Assembly (NCBI GenBank): GCA_918797485.1
Contig: CAKKNE010000001.1
Span: 2,480,001 to 2,544,000 of the forward strand
From: Pelagomonas calceolata
Taxonomy: Eukaryota
Direction of reading: 5' to 3'
DNA length: 64,000 bases
Positions 51,041 through 60,551 of this stretch are shown here, piece by piece. The position numbers were made by a program, and so were the translations under genes. The notes under the pieces are model-generated. The model was given only the letters and a program-made list of their open reading frames with translations, did not search any database and had not been told where the DNA came from. The first letter of the stretch is position 1; every line of letters starts with the position of its first letter.

Positions 51041-52310
51041 TCACGCGAACGCCGGCGCGGGCCGGGCGTCCGACGGCGGCGACACGAGCGCCGCGAGGGC
51101 GTCGCCACCGTCAAAATCCTGCTTCTTGGGCCGCGCGGGCGCCTCGAACCCGGGGAGCACGCGGTGCGTCGGCGACGGCGACACGAAGGGGAAGTCTTCA
51201 TCATCAACGCCGGCCGCCGCGATCGGCGGCACGCGCTTCTTGGGCGCCGCGAGCGCCGCGAGGCGCGCCGACGCCGCCGCCAGGACCGCGCCGGACTCTT
51301 TCGGGACCTCCTTCACGTCGCCCAGCACGTCCACGACGACGCCGTCGCAGGAGCCGAGGACGTCGGCGACCGGGCGCGAGCCGTCGTGCGTCGCGAGCGT
51401 CCAGGCGCCGACCTTCAACGAGACGAGCTGCGGGTAGGCCACGAGGCCGCGCGCGCGGCCGACGGCGCGGCGCGCCGCCACGATCAGGAGGGACGTCGGG
51501 TCCGCGGCGAGCGTCGCGACCTCGCCCACAAAACCGCGGCCGTCGGCGACGCGCGTCCCTGTGCGCGGACGCGGTGAGTCGGCGGCGCCGTCGAGCCGCG
51601 GTCGCGTCGACGGCGCGGAAGGAAGGACGCCGGCGCGTGCGGCGCACGAGGTGGGCCGGCGCGAAGGCCTCGACGAAGTCGAGGTAGAGCGAGAACTGCT
51701 TCTTGCCGCAGAGGTAGCGCCGCGCGAGCGCGAAGAGGCCGCCCGGGCCGCGCGTCGCCGCCGTGAGCGAGAAGCCGACGCCGTTGGCCCGCACGGCCTG
51801 GGGCCCGACGGCGGCCTCGGCGAGGGCCTCCAGGGCCCGCGCCGCCGCGAGCGAGAGCTCGTTCTTCTGGAGGAGGGCCTCGAGCTTGCGCGGAGTCGCG
51901 GCCTTCTTGGCGTTGGCGTGCGCGACGAGGAGCGCGCCGACGACCTCGTAGGAGTCGAGGGCCGCGGCCTTGGCGACGAAGAGCTTCGCCGCGCGCTGAC
52001 GGGCGTGCCTGCGGGGGCGTCGCCGCGTCACTGAATGCGGGGGCGTCGCCGCGTCAGTGAATGCGGGGGCGTCGCCGCGTCAGTGAATGCGGGGGCGTCG
52101 CCGCGTCAGTGAAACCACCTCGCGGACGCGCGGCTGGCGCGTTGAGGCGAGGGCGGCGACGGGGGCTATTATCTTCGGACGCTCAGGCGCGTGGCGGCGA
52201 TCGCGGCGACCGGGGCGATTATTTCTGGACGCTGAGGCGCACGGCGGTGGCGCGCGCCGACGCAGAAGTGGCGGTGGGCGCGGTGGGGCCGGTGGGGGCG
52301 TCGCGGGCAT
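51041..52310 (-). CDS. Hypothetical spliced gene (exons about 52008-51640 and 51558-51041; first exon uncertain)
   Basis: Two coding-like frames joined across an intron-like segment ending CGCACAG (51559); upstream acceptor CCCCCGCAG at 52009. Confidence 0.5.
52010..52113. repeat. Tandem repeat 4x 26 bp, probably intronic
   Basis: TGCGGGGGCGTCGCCGCGTCASTGAA x4 with no spacers. Confidence 0.95.
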
Positions 52311-52856
52311 CGTGGGCGGCCGCTCAAAATGCGCGGGGCTGCTCTTCTGGGCTGCGCGGGGCGGCTGCGCGGGTTGGACACCGCCAGAACAAGCTGCCCT
52401 CGCCGTGCGGTTTACGAGCCGCCGCCAAGTCTACTTCCCTTTTTTGCTGACGGAATATAGATACTAGAACGTTGAGGGGTTCGAACGCAGGCTGCGGAGA
52501 CTAGAGGAGTCCTTAGCCCGATTTTCAGACTCCTGGCCGCCCACCGCGCGGGTGCCGCTGCGTATAGCCCCGGAGTACTCAGCACCAGGGGTGTTTCTGA
52601 CTGCTAGGACGGACGGCTCTTGTTGGCGGAGGAGGGGGTCAGGAGCCCTCGCGCGCGGAAATGAAAACCCGATTTTATTTGAGTTTTTTTTTTGGGCTCC
52701 CGGCGCGCGGACGCGGACGCGTAGGGCACGCAGCGCCAGAGACCTTGTTTATAGATCTTCCCGCAGCGCAGCCAAGCCCCAGAACTGCCGCTCACCACCG
52801 CTTATCAGCCGCGGCCGACCAAAAGCTTATTTGGCCTGAGAGCCCCCAAGCCCACC

Positions 52857-53942
52857 ATGTTCGGCCAGCCCCTCGGCGGCATGCAGACTAGCCCGCAGAA
52901 CCCTAATAATGACTACGCCGTGCCCTCGAGCCCGGCGGATGGTGTCTCCGAGGTCGCCTTCTCGCCGTCGTCCCAGTTTCTGGTGGCGTCGTCGTGGGCC
53001 GCAACTTTATCTTGCTGGGAGTGCCAGGCCCAGGAGGCCATGGGCGGCGTGTCGGCGGTCCAGGCCACACCTAGAGCGCAGTGCACGTTGCAAGCGCCGG
53101 CGCTGTGCTGTAGTGCGACCAATGACATGGTCTTCGCCGGGTGTGGCGATGGTTCTTTACAAATGTGGCGCCTGGGCCAGCCGCAGGCCCAGCAGGTCGG
53201 CAAGCACGACGCGCCCATCAAGCACTGCTTTCACGTCGCGGAGACAAACGTCGTCCTCACGGGCGGCTGGGACAAAAGTGTAAGGGCGTGGGACTGCCGC
53301 ACGCCGAACCCGGTAGCCACCATACCGTTGCCGGAACGATGCTACGCCATGGACGTGCGCCATCCTTTGTTAGTTGTGGGCACGGCGGAACGAAAGGTGT
53401 GCATCTACGACCTGAGCAGCGCCAACTGGCAGCAGCCGTACCGCGTCGAGGACTCTCCCTTACGACACCAGACGCGCTGCGTCGCGGCCTTTCCGGACCG
53501 CGAGGGCTTCGCCATTGGCAGCATCGAGGGCCGCGTCGGCATCCACCACGTCGACCCGAAGAACGCGCACCGGAACTTCGCGTTCAAGTGCCACCGCGAG
53601 ACGCAGGACGCGCGCGCCGGCCAGACGGGTTTGTGCAACATCTATGCGGTGAACAGCATCGCCTTCCACCACCTCGGGACCTTCGCGACGGCCGGTTCCG
53701 ACGGCGTCTACAACTACTGGGACAAGGACTCGAAGCAGCGCCTGATGCAGTTCAAGAAGGCGGCCCAGACCATCTCGACGGCGTGCTTCTCGCCGTCCGG
53801 CGGCCTCTACGCCTACGCGCTGTCCTACGACTGGTCGCGCGGCTCCGAGTCGCACTCTCCCCAAATCCCGAACCAGATCATGATCCACCGCGTCCAGAAG
53901 GACGAGATCACGCAGCGCAACAAGAAGCCGGGGCGGAAGTAG
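52857..53942 (+). CDS. RAE1: mRNA export factor Rae1/Gle2 (WD40)
   Basis: HDAPIK, TGGWDK, LPERCYAMD, SPLRHQTRC, GSIEGRV, FKCHR, WDKD.KQRL, SYDWSRG. Confidence 0.95.
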   Translation: MFGQPLGGMQTSPQNPNNDYAVPSSPADGVSEVAFSPSSQFLVASSWAATLSCWECQAQEAMGGVSAVQATPRAQCTLQAPALCCSATNDMVFAGCGDGSLQMWRLGQPQAQQVGKHDAPIKHCFHVAETNVVLTGGWDKSVRAWDCRTPNPVATIPLPERCYAMDVRHPLLVVGTAERKVCIYDLSSANWQQPYRVEDSPLRHQTRCVAAFPDREGFAIGSIEGRVGIHHVDPKNAHRNFAFKCHRETQDARAGQTGLCNIYAVNSIAFHHLGTFATAGSDGVYNYWDKDSKQRLMQFKKAAQTISTACFSPSGGLYAYALSYDWSRGSESHSPQIPNQIMIHRVQKDEITQRNKKPGRK

Positions 53943-53984
53943 CTATAATACACAACTTCGCTATAAATAAACCTCGCCACGCTC

Positions 53985-54863
53985 CTACGCCGCCGCCTCG
54001 CCCGCGAGCCCCACGATCACATCGTAAACGACGTCGACCGACAGGAAGATGATGCCCTGGCCCGGCACGACGCGCGCGGCCCTCGCCAAAGCGCCGTTGA
54101 AGAAGGCCAAAGGGCCCTCCTTCCGCAGTATCTGGCCGAAACAATCTAGAGTACTTTCGTATAATTTCGCGTCGGTGGATTGCATGCGCGTCTTCACGAC
54201 GTCGAAAGGTGAGGTGGTGGCGACGGAAAACAGTCCAGCACCCAACCCACCGATGAACGTGAGATGCTTGGGCAGCTTCGCGTCGGCCTCGCCCGTCAGG
54301 AACTGGCGCCACTGCGCCATAAATAAAAACCGCGAGCCCTGGTTGCCTCCTTGTTTCAGGCACGTCGCGCCGAGCCCGGCGTATAAGCCCGCGACGCCTT
54401 CCGTTTTGAGTAAATGGGGAATGCCCTGCCGCAGGCCCATGTTCAGGTTGATCAGCTTCGTTTTTATCGTTTCTTGCGGCGTGACGACCAGGGTCGCCTC
54501 GCAGATGCCCGCGCACAACCCGGCCAGGAAACTCAGACCCATGGACACCTTCCCCGTGTTTTTATCCGCCAACTGGTTCCGAAAGAATTGGTTCGCGCCG
54601 AAGCGCACGCCGGCTTTCGGCGCGCTGAAGATGAGTACTGGCGTCAAACCGGTGTAGAGCGAGAAGAAGCCCTTCTGCTGGATCGTGTACCTCAAGCCCG
54701 ACGCGATGCCCGTGAAGGGCGGCGGCGGCCCGCCCTTGACGGTGCGAAAGCTCTGGAGCTGCGTCTTCAGGTACTCCATGGGCCAGGTGCAGCAGCACTC
54801 GATGGCGCCGCCGACGCCGCCCGCGCTCAGGGCGATCCAGGTCTTCTTCTGGGCGGGCGGCAT
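53985..54863 (-). CDS. Mitochondrial carrier, citrate/tricarboxylate transporter-like
   Basis: PMEYLKTQLQ, PKAGVRF, PQETIKTKL, KQGGNQGSRF, PFDVVKTRMQ. Confidence 0.9.
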   Translation of the reverse strand: MPPAQKKTWIALSAGGVGGAIECCCTWPMEYLKTQLQSFRTVKGGPPPPFTGIASGLRYTIQQKGFFSLYTGLTPVLIFSAPKAGVRFGANQFFRNQLADKNTGKVSMGLSFLAGLCAGICEATLVVTPQETIKTKLINLNMGLRQGIPHLLKTEGVAGLYAGLGATCLKQGGNQGSRFLFMAQWRQFLTGEADAKLPKHLTFIGGLGAGLFSVATTSPFDVVKTRMQSTDAKLYESTLDCFGQILRKEGPLAFFNGALARAARVVPGQGIIFLSVDVVYDVIVGLAGEAAA

Positions 54864-55042
54864 TTTTGTTTTGCGAATCCCGACGATGCGATGACTGGAC
54901 CTGACACGAGCTCGACCTCCAACGCGTCTTGCTTGCACCGCTGGTGCCGCCGGCTGCACGAGTGGTTGCGCGCGCAAGTTGTGGCTAGACGTTGTGGCTT
55001 CGTCCACGAATGCAGGCAGGCCTGGGCAAAGCGGTCCTCAAT

Positions 55043-55066
55043 GCTAGCGCCCTGTAAGGCACTAGG
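55043..55066 (-). promoter_or_regulatory. CTAG-bounded upstream motif
   Basis: Reverse complement CCTAGTGCCTTACAGGGCGCTAGC, 180 bp upstream of ATG 54863(-). Confidence 0.65.
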
Positions 55067-55076
55067 CACATGGCAT

Positions 55077-55380
55077 GGGTGGGCCCGGGGGGAGCGGGAG
55101 GGGTACGGGGAACCCTGCGACGTAACTAGCCTCAGCCTCAGCCTCATGGCGTGTGATTAGTAGTCGGAGCTCTCGCTCCCCTACCCAGCTTGATTTCGGC
55201 CTCGTCGTAAAAGAGGAGCCAGCGGCCAGTTCCACATCCTGACACGGGCGTCCCAAAAAGAGGGGGGGCGTGCGAGTCCCTGTGACTCAGCCCTTGCGTC
55301 CTAGTCCGGCCGGACGGGTGGGCCCGGGGGGAGCGGGAGGGGTACGGGGAACCCCGCGACGTAACTAGCCTGAGCCTGAG
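55077..55380 (+). repeat. Composite repeat cluster B'-C-B
   Basis: 55077-55146 truncated B with (GCCTCA)3 tail; 55163-55260 family C; 55272-55380 full B followed by T9. Confidence 0.88.
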
Positions 55381-55396
55381 TTTTTTTTTGTAGGGT

Positions 55397-56125
55397 TCAT
55401 ACAAATATATTAATTGATTCGATGCTAGCAGTCGGACTCCGAGTCCGAGCCAAAGTCGTCGGACGATTCGACGAGGTCCGCCGAGGGCTCCAGGAGAACC
55501 AGGCTTCAACCAGCGACGTCACCGTGGTTGTGAACTTGGCCTCGCATTCGCAGGATCCTTCACTGTCAGTGTAAGTGTACGTCCGCGTCCACTCGTGGAC
55601 GGTGTCCACGAGGCCCTGAGAATTTCTTGTCTTGGGCTCGGTCGTGGCGATGTCCCGTTGTATGGGGTGCATTCCCCCACGATTTTCTTTGACGTACTCG
55701 CCGGGGAGTTGGAGCACGAGTCGCCCGTAGGTTTGGATGCGTTCTATCAACCGCGACGCCGCGTAGTGCACGGCGTCCTGCCTCGACATGTAGGAGTACG
55801 GGCTGCAGCTTCGGTGTCGAAGTATCACCTCATCGCTTCGCTGTAACTCCTTTTGCCACTCGTCGTCCCTGGAAAATAACCTTGCGTTCTCGAGCAGTCC
55901 CATCGGTCCGGTTGTCTCGTGATTGTCGCTGCCGTCGCTCGCGTCGGCCAGCTGGATTTTGACGCTATCCTTCGAGGTGATCAGAAAACAGCGGTTCCTC
56001 CGCACGTCGTCCTCCTTCGGCGCCTTTTTGGCCGGCTTCTTGGCAGCTTGCTTGGCAGGCCGTTTTTTAGCCTGCCGTTTGGCCCTGGCCGGGGCCTTCG
56101 CGCGGCCTCTTTTTTTTGGCGGCAT
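55397..56125 (-). CDS. Hypothetical protein with basic N-terminus
   Basis: MPPKKRGRAK.. 242 aa; less GC-biased than neighbours. Confidence 0.55.
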   Translation of the reverse strand: MPPKKRGRAKAPARAKRQAKKRPAKQAAKKPAKKAPKEDDVRRNRCFLITSKDSVKIQLADASDGSDNHETTGPMGLLENARLFSRDDEWQKELQRSDEVILRHRSCSPYSYMSRQDAVHYAASRLIERIQTYGRLVLQLPGEYVKENRGGMHPIQRDIATTEPKTRNSQGLVDTVHEWTRTYTYTDSEGSCECEAKFTTTVTSLVEAWFSWSPRRTSSNRPTTLARTRSPTASIESINIFV

Positions 56126-56327
56126 CGCTCGAAAAGGCACCAATCCGCTGCGGCAGCCCAGGCAGCCCGCAAACGATTCTCGGCGAATACCGAGCAAGTC
56201 CCGGAGAGGGGCTCCCAGATACGCGCCGCCGAAGATACGCGCCGCACGAAGAGAAGCCCGGGATCCCGACGCCCCGGGCCCCCTCCGACCGGATAAGACA
56301 ACCCCTCTTCATTATTACGCCAGGAGC

Positions 56328-57077
56328 CTACGTCATCAGGTACCCCGACAGCAGCAGCACGAAGAAGAAGCCCAGACCCCCGAAGATCGCCAGGTTCTTG
56401 TCGCCCTCGGTCATGGAGTTGCCCCCGAAGCCGTAGTTCTGGTTCTCCGCGAAGCCGGCTATGGTAATCGTCACGGGCTCGAAGGAGTCCTTCGACGCGC
56501 GGCAGCGCGGGCAGCGCCAGTTCGACTGGATGTCCTCGAAGGGCGTCGAGGCGGCGACGCCCTTGGCGCCTTCCTCGGGGTCGTACTGGTACCTGTGCAT
56601 AAATCAAATTCTTGCGGCGCGTCTTGCTGAATCATGGCCTCCACGCCATCGACGCGACGCGAGCTCAATGGCGTAGCGGTGTGGGTCCTACACCACTCGA
56701 TTCAGTCATCAAGGTCGCGTTGTCGCCGAGAAAGGACTTCGTGAAGAATTTTCGGGTGCACCCGACTCACTGTTTGATTTGCGCACAGACTGGTACTCGC
56801 AGACCTTGCACATGTACTTTCCCGTGTCCTTTTCCAGGAACTTCTCGGCGGCGCGCAGGCGCGCGATCTCCTTCTGGCGCTCCGTGAGCTGGGGCGCCGC
56901 CGGCTCCGGCTCCGTCGTCGCGATGGGCACATCTTCTACAGGCGCGGCGGCCTCGGCCGGCGCGTCGCCGGGCTCGGACCGCAGTCGTACACGCCGGCAG
57001 CGGGCGCAGGACGGCGGGACAACGAGCGCCGCCGCTTGGGCGACGAGCAGCGCGAGGGCTATCCTCCGACTGCACAT
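56328..57077 (-). CDS. Plastid thylakoid rubredoxin (RubA/RBD1 type); exons 57077-56797 and 56592-56328, 181 aa
   Basis: Signal peptide; spliced YMCKVCEYQYDP..FEDI..NW.CPRC; GFAENQNYG.G.N; C-terminal TM helix. Confidence 0.92.
56593..56788 (-). mobile_element. Introner element (MITE-like), 196 bp
   Basis: 16-bp TIRs CTGTGCATAAATCAAA / TTTGATTTGCGCACAG (14/16 match); 8-bp TSD ACTGGTAC at 56585-56592 and 56789-56796; GT..AG removal restores the reading frame. Confidence 0.92.
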
Positions 57078-57392
57078 GGTTGCGACGGCTAGATGGCGTG
57101 GAGGCTGACGGAGGCCTCGCGACGCGATTCAGAGGAAGGTCGACTGATCAGTCGATGGAAGAGGCTGATATTGATGCCTTGAACGCGTCTGCAGGTCTCT
57201 TGTTTCGACAGCGACGCACAGTGGACGAGGGAGCACACACCACGACTTGCTTGAGCCGCCTAGTGTGTCGACGACGCTAGGCCGGCACGGGACGCCTGGC
57301 AGGAGGCGTGCTAACACCGGCCGTCACGCGCACGCCATCGCTGCGGCGCCGGCGCGCGGCTAGTCCGAACTTAGGACAAGCAGCCGAGGTAA

Positions 57393-57953
57393 ATGGCGCG
57401 GCACGACTCCTCCTCGGACGACGACGACTCGTCGGCACCGCGCAAGCGGCCGCGCCTCGACTCCGCCAGCGACGGCGACGACAGCCACGCGCGGCGCCGG
57501 GCCCGCAAGGCCGAGCGCAAGGCCGCGAAGAGGGCGAAAAAGGCCGAGAAGAAGGAGCGGAAGCGCGCGAAGAAGGCCGCGCGGCGCCGCGACGGCGCCG
57601 ACGAGCCCGATGTTTACCTCGGCGGCGCCGCCGCCGCCGCGCCGCGCGCGCCGCCGCCGCCGGAGCCCGCGCGCGCGCCCTCGCCGCGACCGGAACCGGA
57701 ACCGCCCAAGAAGACGGGCCGCGCGGCCTTCTTCGCCTCGCTCCACGCGGCCGAGAGCGAGAAGGCGCCCGTCGGCACGTTCCACGCGACGGGCAAGTTC
57801 AAGGAGGAGCTCGAGGCCGAGAACGACCGCTCCGGCGACTGGGCCTGCACGAAGTGCCACTACACGAACTTCAAGGAGTGCCTCACGTGCGCGCGCTGCC
57901 GCTCGCTGCGGCGCTTCGAGGGCCGCAACCAGGCCTCGGGCTACTGCCAGTAG
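57393..57953 (+). CDS. RanBP2-type zinc-finger protein
   Basis: GDWACTKCHYTNFKECLTCARC. Confidence 0.85.
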   Translation: MARHDSSSDDDDSSAPRKRPRLDSASDGDDSHARRRARKAERKAAKRAKKAEKKERKRAKKAARRRDGADEPDVYLGGAAAAAPRAPPPPEPARAPSPRPEPEPPKKTGRAAFFASLHAAESEKAPVGTFHATGKFKEELEAENDRSGDWACTKCHYTNFKECLTCARCRSLRRFEGRNQASGYCQ

Positions 57954-57998
57954 TCCTAGCCAGTACTAATATGTTTTGTCGTTAAACTTCACAGGTAC

Positions 57999-58535
57999 TT
58001 AATCGGCGACGCCGTCCCGCCGCGCGACGCGCTTCCACCGCTCGACGAGGGCCGCGGCGGCGCGGCGCACGTCGCGGTTCGGCGCCTTGCGGCCCATGCG
58101 CCCGAGGAGCTTCGTCGTCGCGGTGGCGCCCTTGAGCGTGGCGAGCGACACCCGGCACTCGCCCAGCGCTTTGATCGCCGCGAGCGTCCGCGTCGCATCC
58201 TGGGCTCGCTCCGCCCGCGCCAGCTCGCCGCCGCGCGCCCGGAGCCCGGCGACGCCGCGCGCCGCCTGGCCGCCGTCGCTCTCCTCGCCGTCGCTACTAC
58301 TACCCTCAGCCTCCGACACGTCAACGGGCGTCGCGTCGCCACGGCGGTGATTCCGCAGCGCCGTCCGGAGCGCGCCGCGCCTCTCCGAGGCCTCGTCGTC
58401 CGCGTGGATGTCGTGGCCGGGCGTCCACCAGCCGACCGCCGTGCCGAGATCATTTTGCGCCCAGTCCTCTACCTCGTAACCTTGCGCGGCCGCGCGCTCG
58501 TCGGCGCGGCGGCTGTCCTCGAGGGTCGAGTACAT
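57999..58535 (-). CDS. TFIIS N-terminal (Med26/LW) domain protein
   Basis: IKALGECRVSLATLK..TTKLLGRM...VRRAAAALVERWKR. Confidence 0.7.
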   Translation of the reverse strand: MYSTLEDSRRADERAAAQGYEVEDWAQNDLGTAVGWWTPGHDIHADDEASERRGALRTALRNHRRGDATPVDVSEAEGSSSDGEESDGGQAARGVAGLRARGGELARAERAQDATRTLAAIKALGECRVSLATLKGATATTKLLGRMGRKAPNRDVRRAAAALVERWKRVARRDGVAD

Positions 58536-58823
58536 ACTGCTTTTTTTTGCTGTCCGCAGAGCTTGTGTTACTCGCGCGATCGCCGCTGAGCCTATGAATA
58601 GCGCTGTCCGCACACACTGGCTCCGCAGAGCCCTCGTGACGAGAGTACGAACGAATGAGTGCGTAACGCGCATCAATGGCAACAATGGCTGTCGACGTAG
58701 AAACCCGCGAGCTCAAAAATCCGAGCCACCTAGCGTGAGTAAACATACTATTCTCGACGCTTTAGCAGCGCCGCACTGCCGACCAACCAAGTCGCTGCCC
58801 GGGGCAGACGCAGATTAGAAACC

Positions 58824-59693
58824 ATGATGGCCCGCGCGGACCGATTGATCAGGGAGGCGGAGGGCAAGTATGAAAGATCAAAGGCCCACGAGCTCCAGGG
58901 CAAGGGCAACGCGACGGGCAAGCTCGTGGAGGGCGGGCTGCCGGACGACGCCGCCGAGCGGAAAGCGTTAATGGACCAGGCGCTCGCCGATAGGCGCAAG
59001 GAGCGCCTGAAGTACATGACCCACGACGAGCTGATTGACGACGCGGCGCAATTCCGCGGCGACATGGACGAAGATGAACGCTACGCGCTCATGGAGCGCT
59101 GCGCGCGCGGCGAGCCCATGCGTTTCGTGGAAGTGCCCGAGAACTCGTTGCTGCGACGGCCGCTGCTGAACTACCGATGTTTGTACCCCCATCCCCTCCC
59201 AATCGACTCGGGCAAAGGTAGAGGAGGCGACCTGAAGATCACGAAGCTGGATAATGATTTGGCGATGCGCGATCTAAATCACCTCAAGGCCAACGACCGG
59301 GCCTGGCGCGCCGTCACGAAGAACAAGCCCTGGTGTTTGGAGGAGCTCTACCTGACGGGCTACGAGATCAACTGGCCGAACGACGACAACAACACGCCCT
59401 TCCACCTCGCGGCGCACTTCGGGTACATCGAGTGCGTCCGCGTCTTCATCCACGCGGGCTGCGACGTGAACGTCGAGACGACGTCGGGCGTCACGCCGAC
59501 GTACAACGCGCTCGCCGCGGGCCATATAGATGTGGCCGCGCTGCTCCAGGAGCACGGCGGCCTGAAGCGCGTCACGCCGAAGCTCCACGGCGTGCGCACG
59601 ATCGTCGACGTCGCCGGCGACCGCCGCGGCCGGTCGCACCTCGACGACCTCGCCGAGGAGCACCGGCGGCCGCCCTACGCGATGCAGTTCTAA
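58824..59693 (+). CDS. Ankyrin-repeat protein
   Basis: NTPFHLAAHFGYIECVRVFIHAGCDVN, GVTPTYNALAAGH. Confidence 0.88.
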   Translation: MMARADRLIREAEGKYERSKAHELQGKGNATGKLVEGGLPDDAAERKALMDQALADRRKERLKYMTHDELIDDAAQFRGDMDEDERYALMERCARGEPMRFVEVPENSLLRRPLLNYRCLYPHPLPIDSGKGRGGDLKITKLDNDLAMRDLNHLKANDRAWRAVTKNKPWCLEELYLTGYEINWPNDDNNTPFHLAAHFGYIECVRVFIHAGCDVNVETTSGVTPTYNALAAGHIDVAALLQEHGGLKRVTPKLHGVRTIVDVAGDRRGRSHLDDLAEEHRRPPYAMQF

Positions 59694-60551
59694 CCTTTTT
59701 GTGCGTGTGCTTTTGGGTAGGGCTTAGGTTAGGCGACTTCTTGTGGTGCCAGTCGAAGTCCGACGTCGGCGGCGGGCGCGCGACGCCGCGGGGCGACGCC
59801 TCGACGTCGCCCGCGTCCGCGTCGCAGAGATCCAGGCAACAGCAGCCACCGACCGCGGCGGCGCAGCTCGCCAGAGCAAAAGCCGACGCAAACATCGCGA
59901 AAAAGATGGAGCCCATCACCCGGCCCCCGCCCGCGCCGCGGTCGGCCCAGGCGAGCCGGCGAGCGCCAGGAACGCGAGACCATGACGACGATCCAACAGA
60001 GGCTGCAGAGCGCACCGATACTGGCCGTCTTCTCGTGCGTCCTCCGTTGGAAGCAGGCCGCGGGCGCGTAGTCGCGCCGCGCCGGGCAGCAGGAGCAGCC
60101 GTGCGTCACGCCGGGTGGCGAGTAGTAGTCGCACATGTCAAGGTGTCGTGCAGCTGTTAAAAAACCTCAGTTTGGGGAGTAACTCTTGATTCTCAATATG
60201 GGGAGTACCAAGGGCCAAAATCTCAATATAGGGAGTACAGCAGGTGCTTTTGGCTCCTCAAAGGGTGTAGGTAAGCCGGAACGACGGCAAAAGCTGCCCA
60301 ACCGCGGTACGACGGGGCAGGCCGCGGTGAGGCCGCAAGAGCAGATTTGGCAGACACGACTCACACGAGCGCGCTAGCGCGCCCCGCACTTTCCGAAACC
60401 ACGGATCAGAAGAACCTACACCTCCTACGGCACAGCCCCGTCGACCTGTCCCGCCGCGGCTCGGGATCGTCCGGGCGCCGCCGCAGCAGCGCACGGAGAG
60501 CGGCGCTGCCTACAAGCGCGTAGCGGGCCGTAGCGGTGCCCACCACACACA

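Noticed and set aside
52010..52113. CRISPR-like 26-bp repeats
   Set aside because: Units are contiguous with no spacers, there are no cas genes, and the context is eukaryotic
889..55066. CTAG motif interpreted as a MITE or a restriction-site artefact
   Set aside because: No consistent TSDs or shared flanks, degenerate sequence, and strong polarity relative to genes
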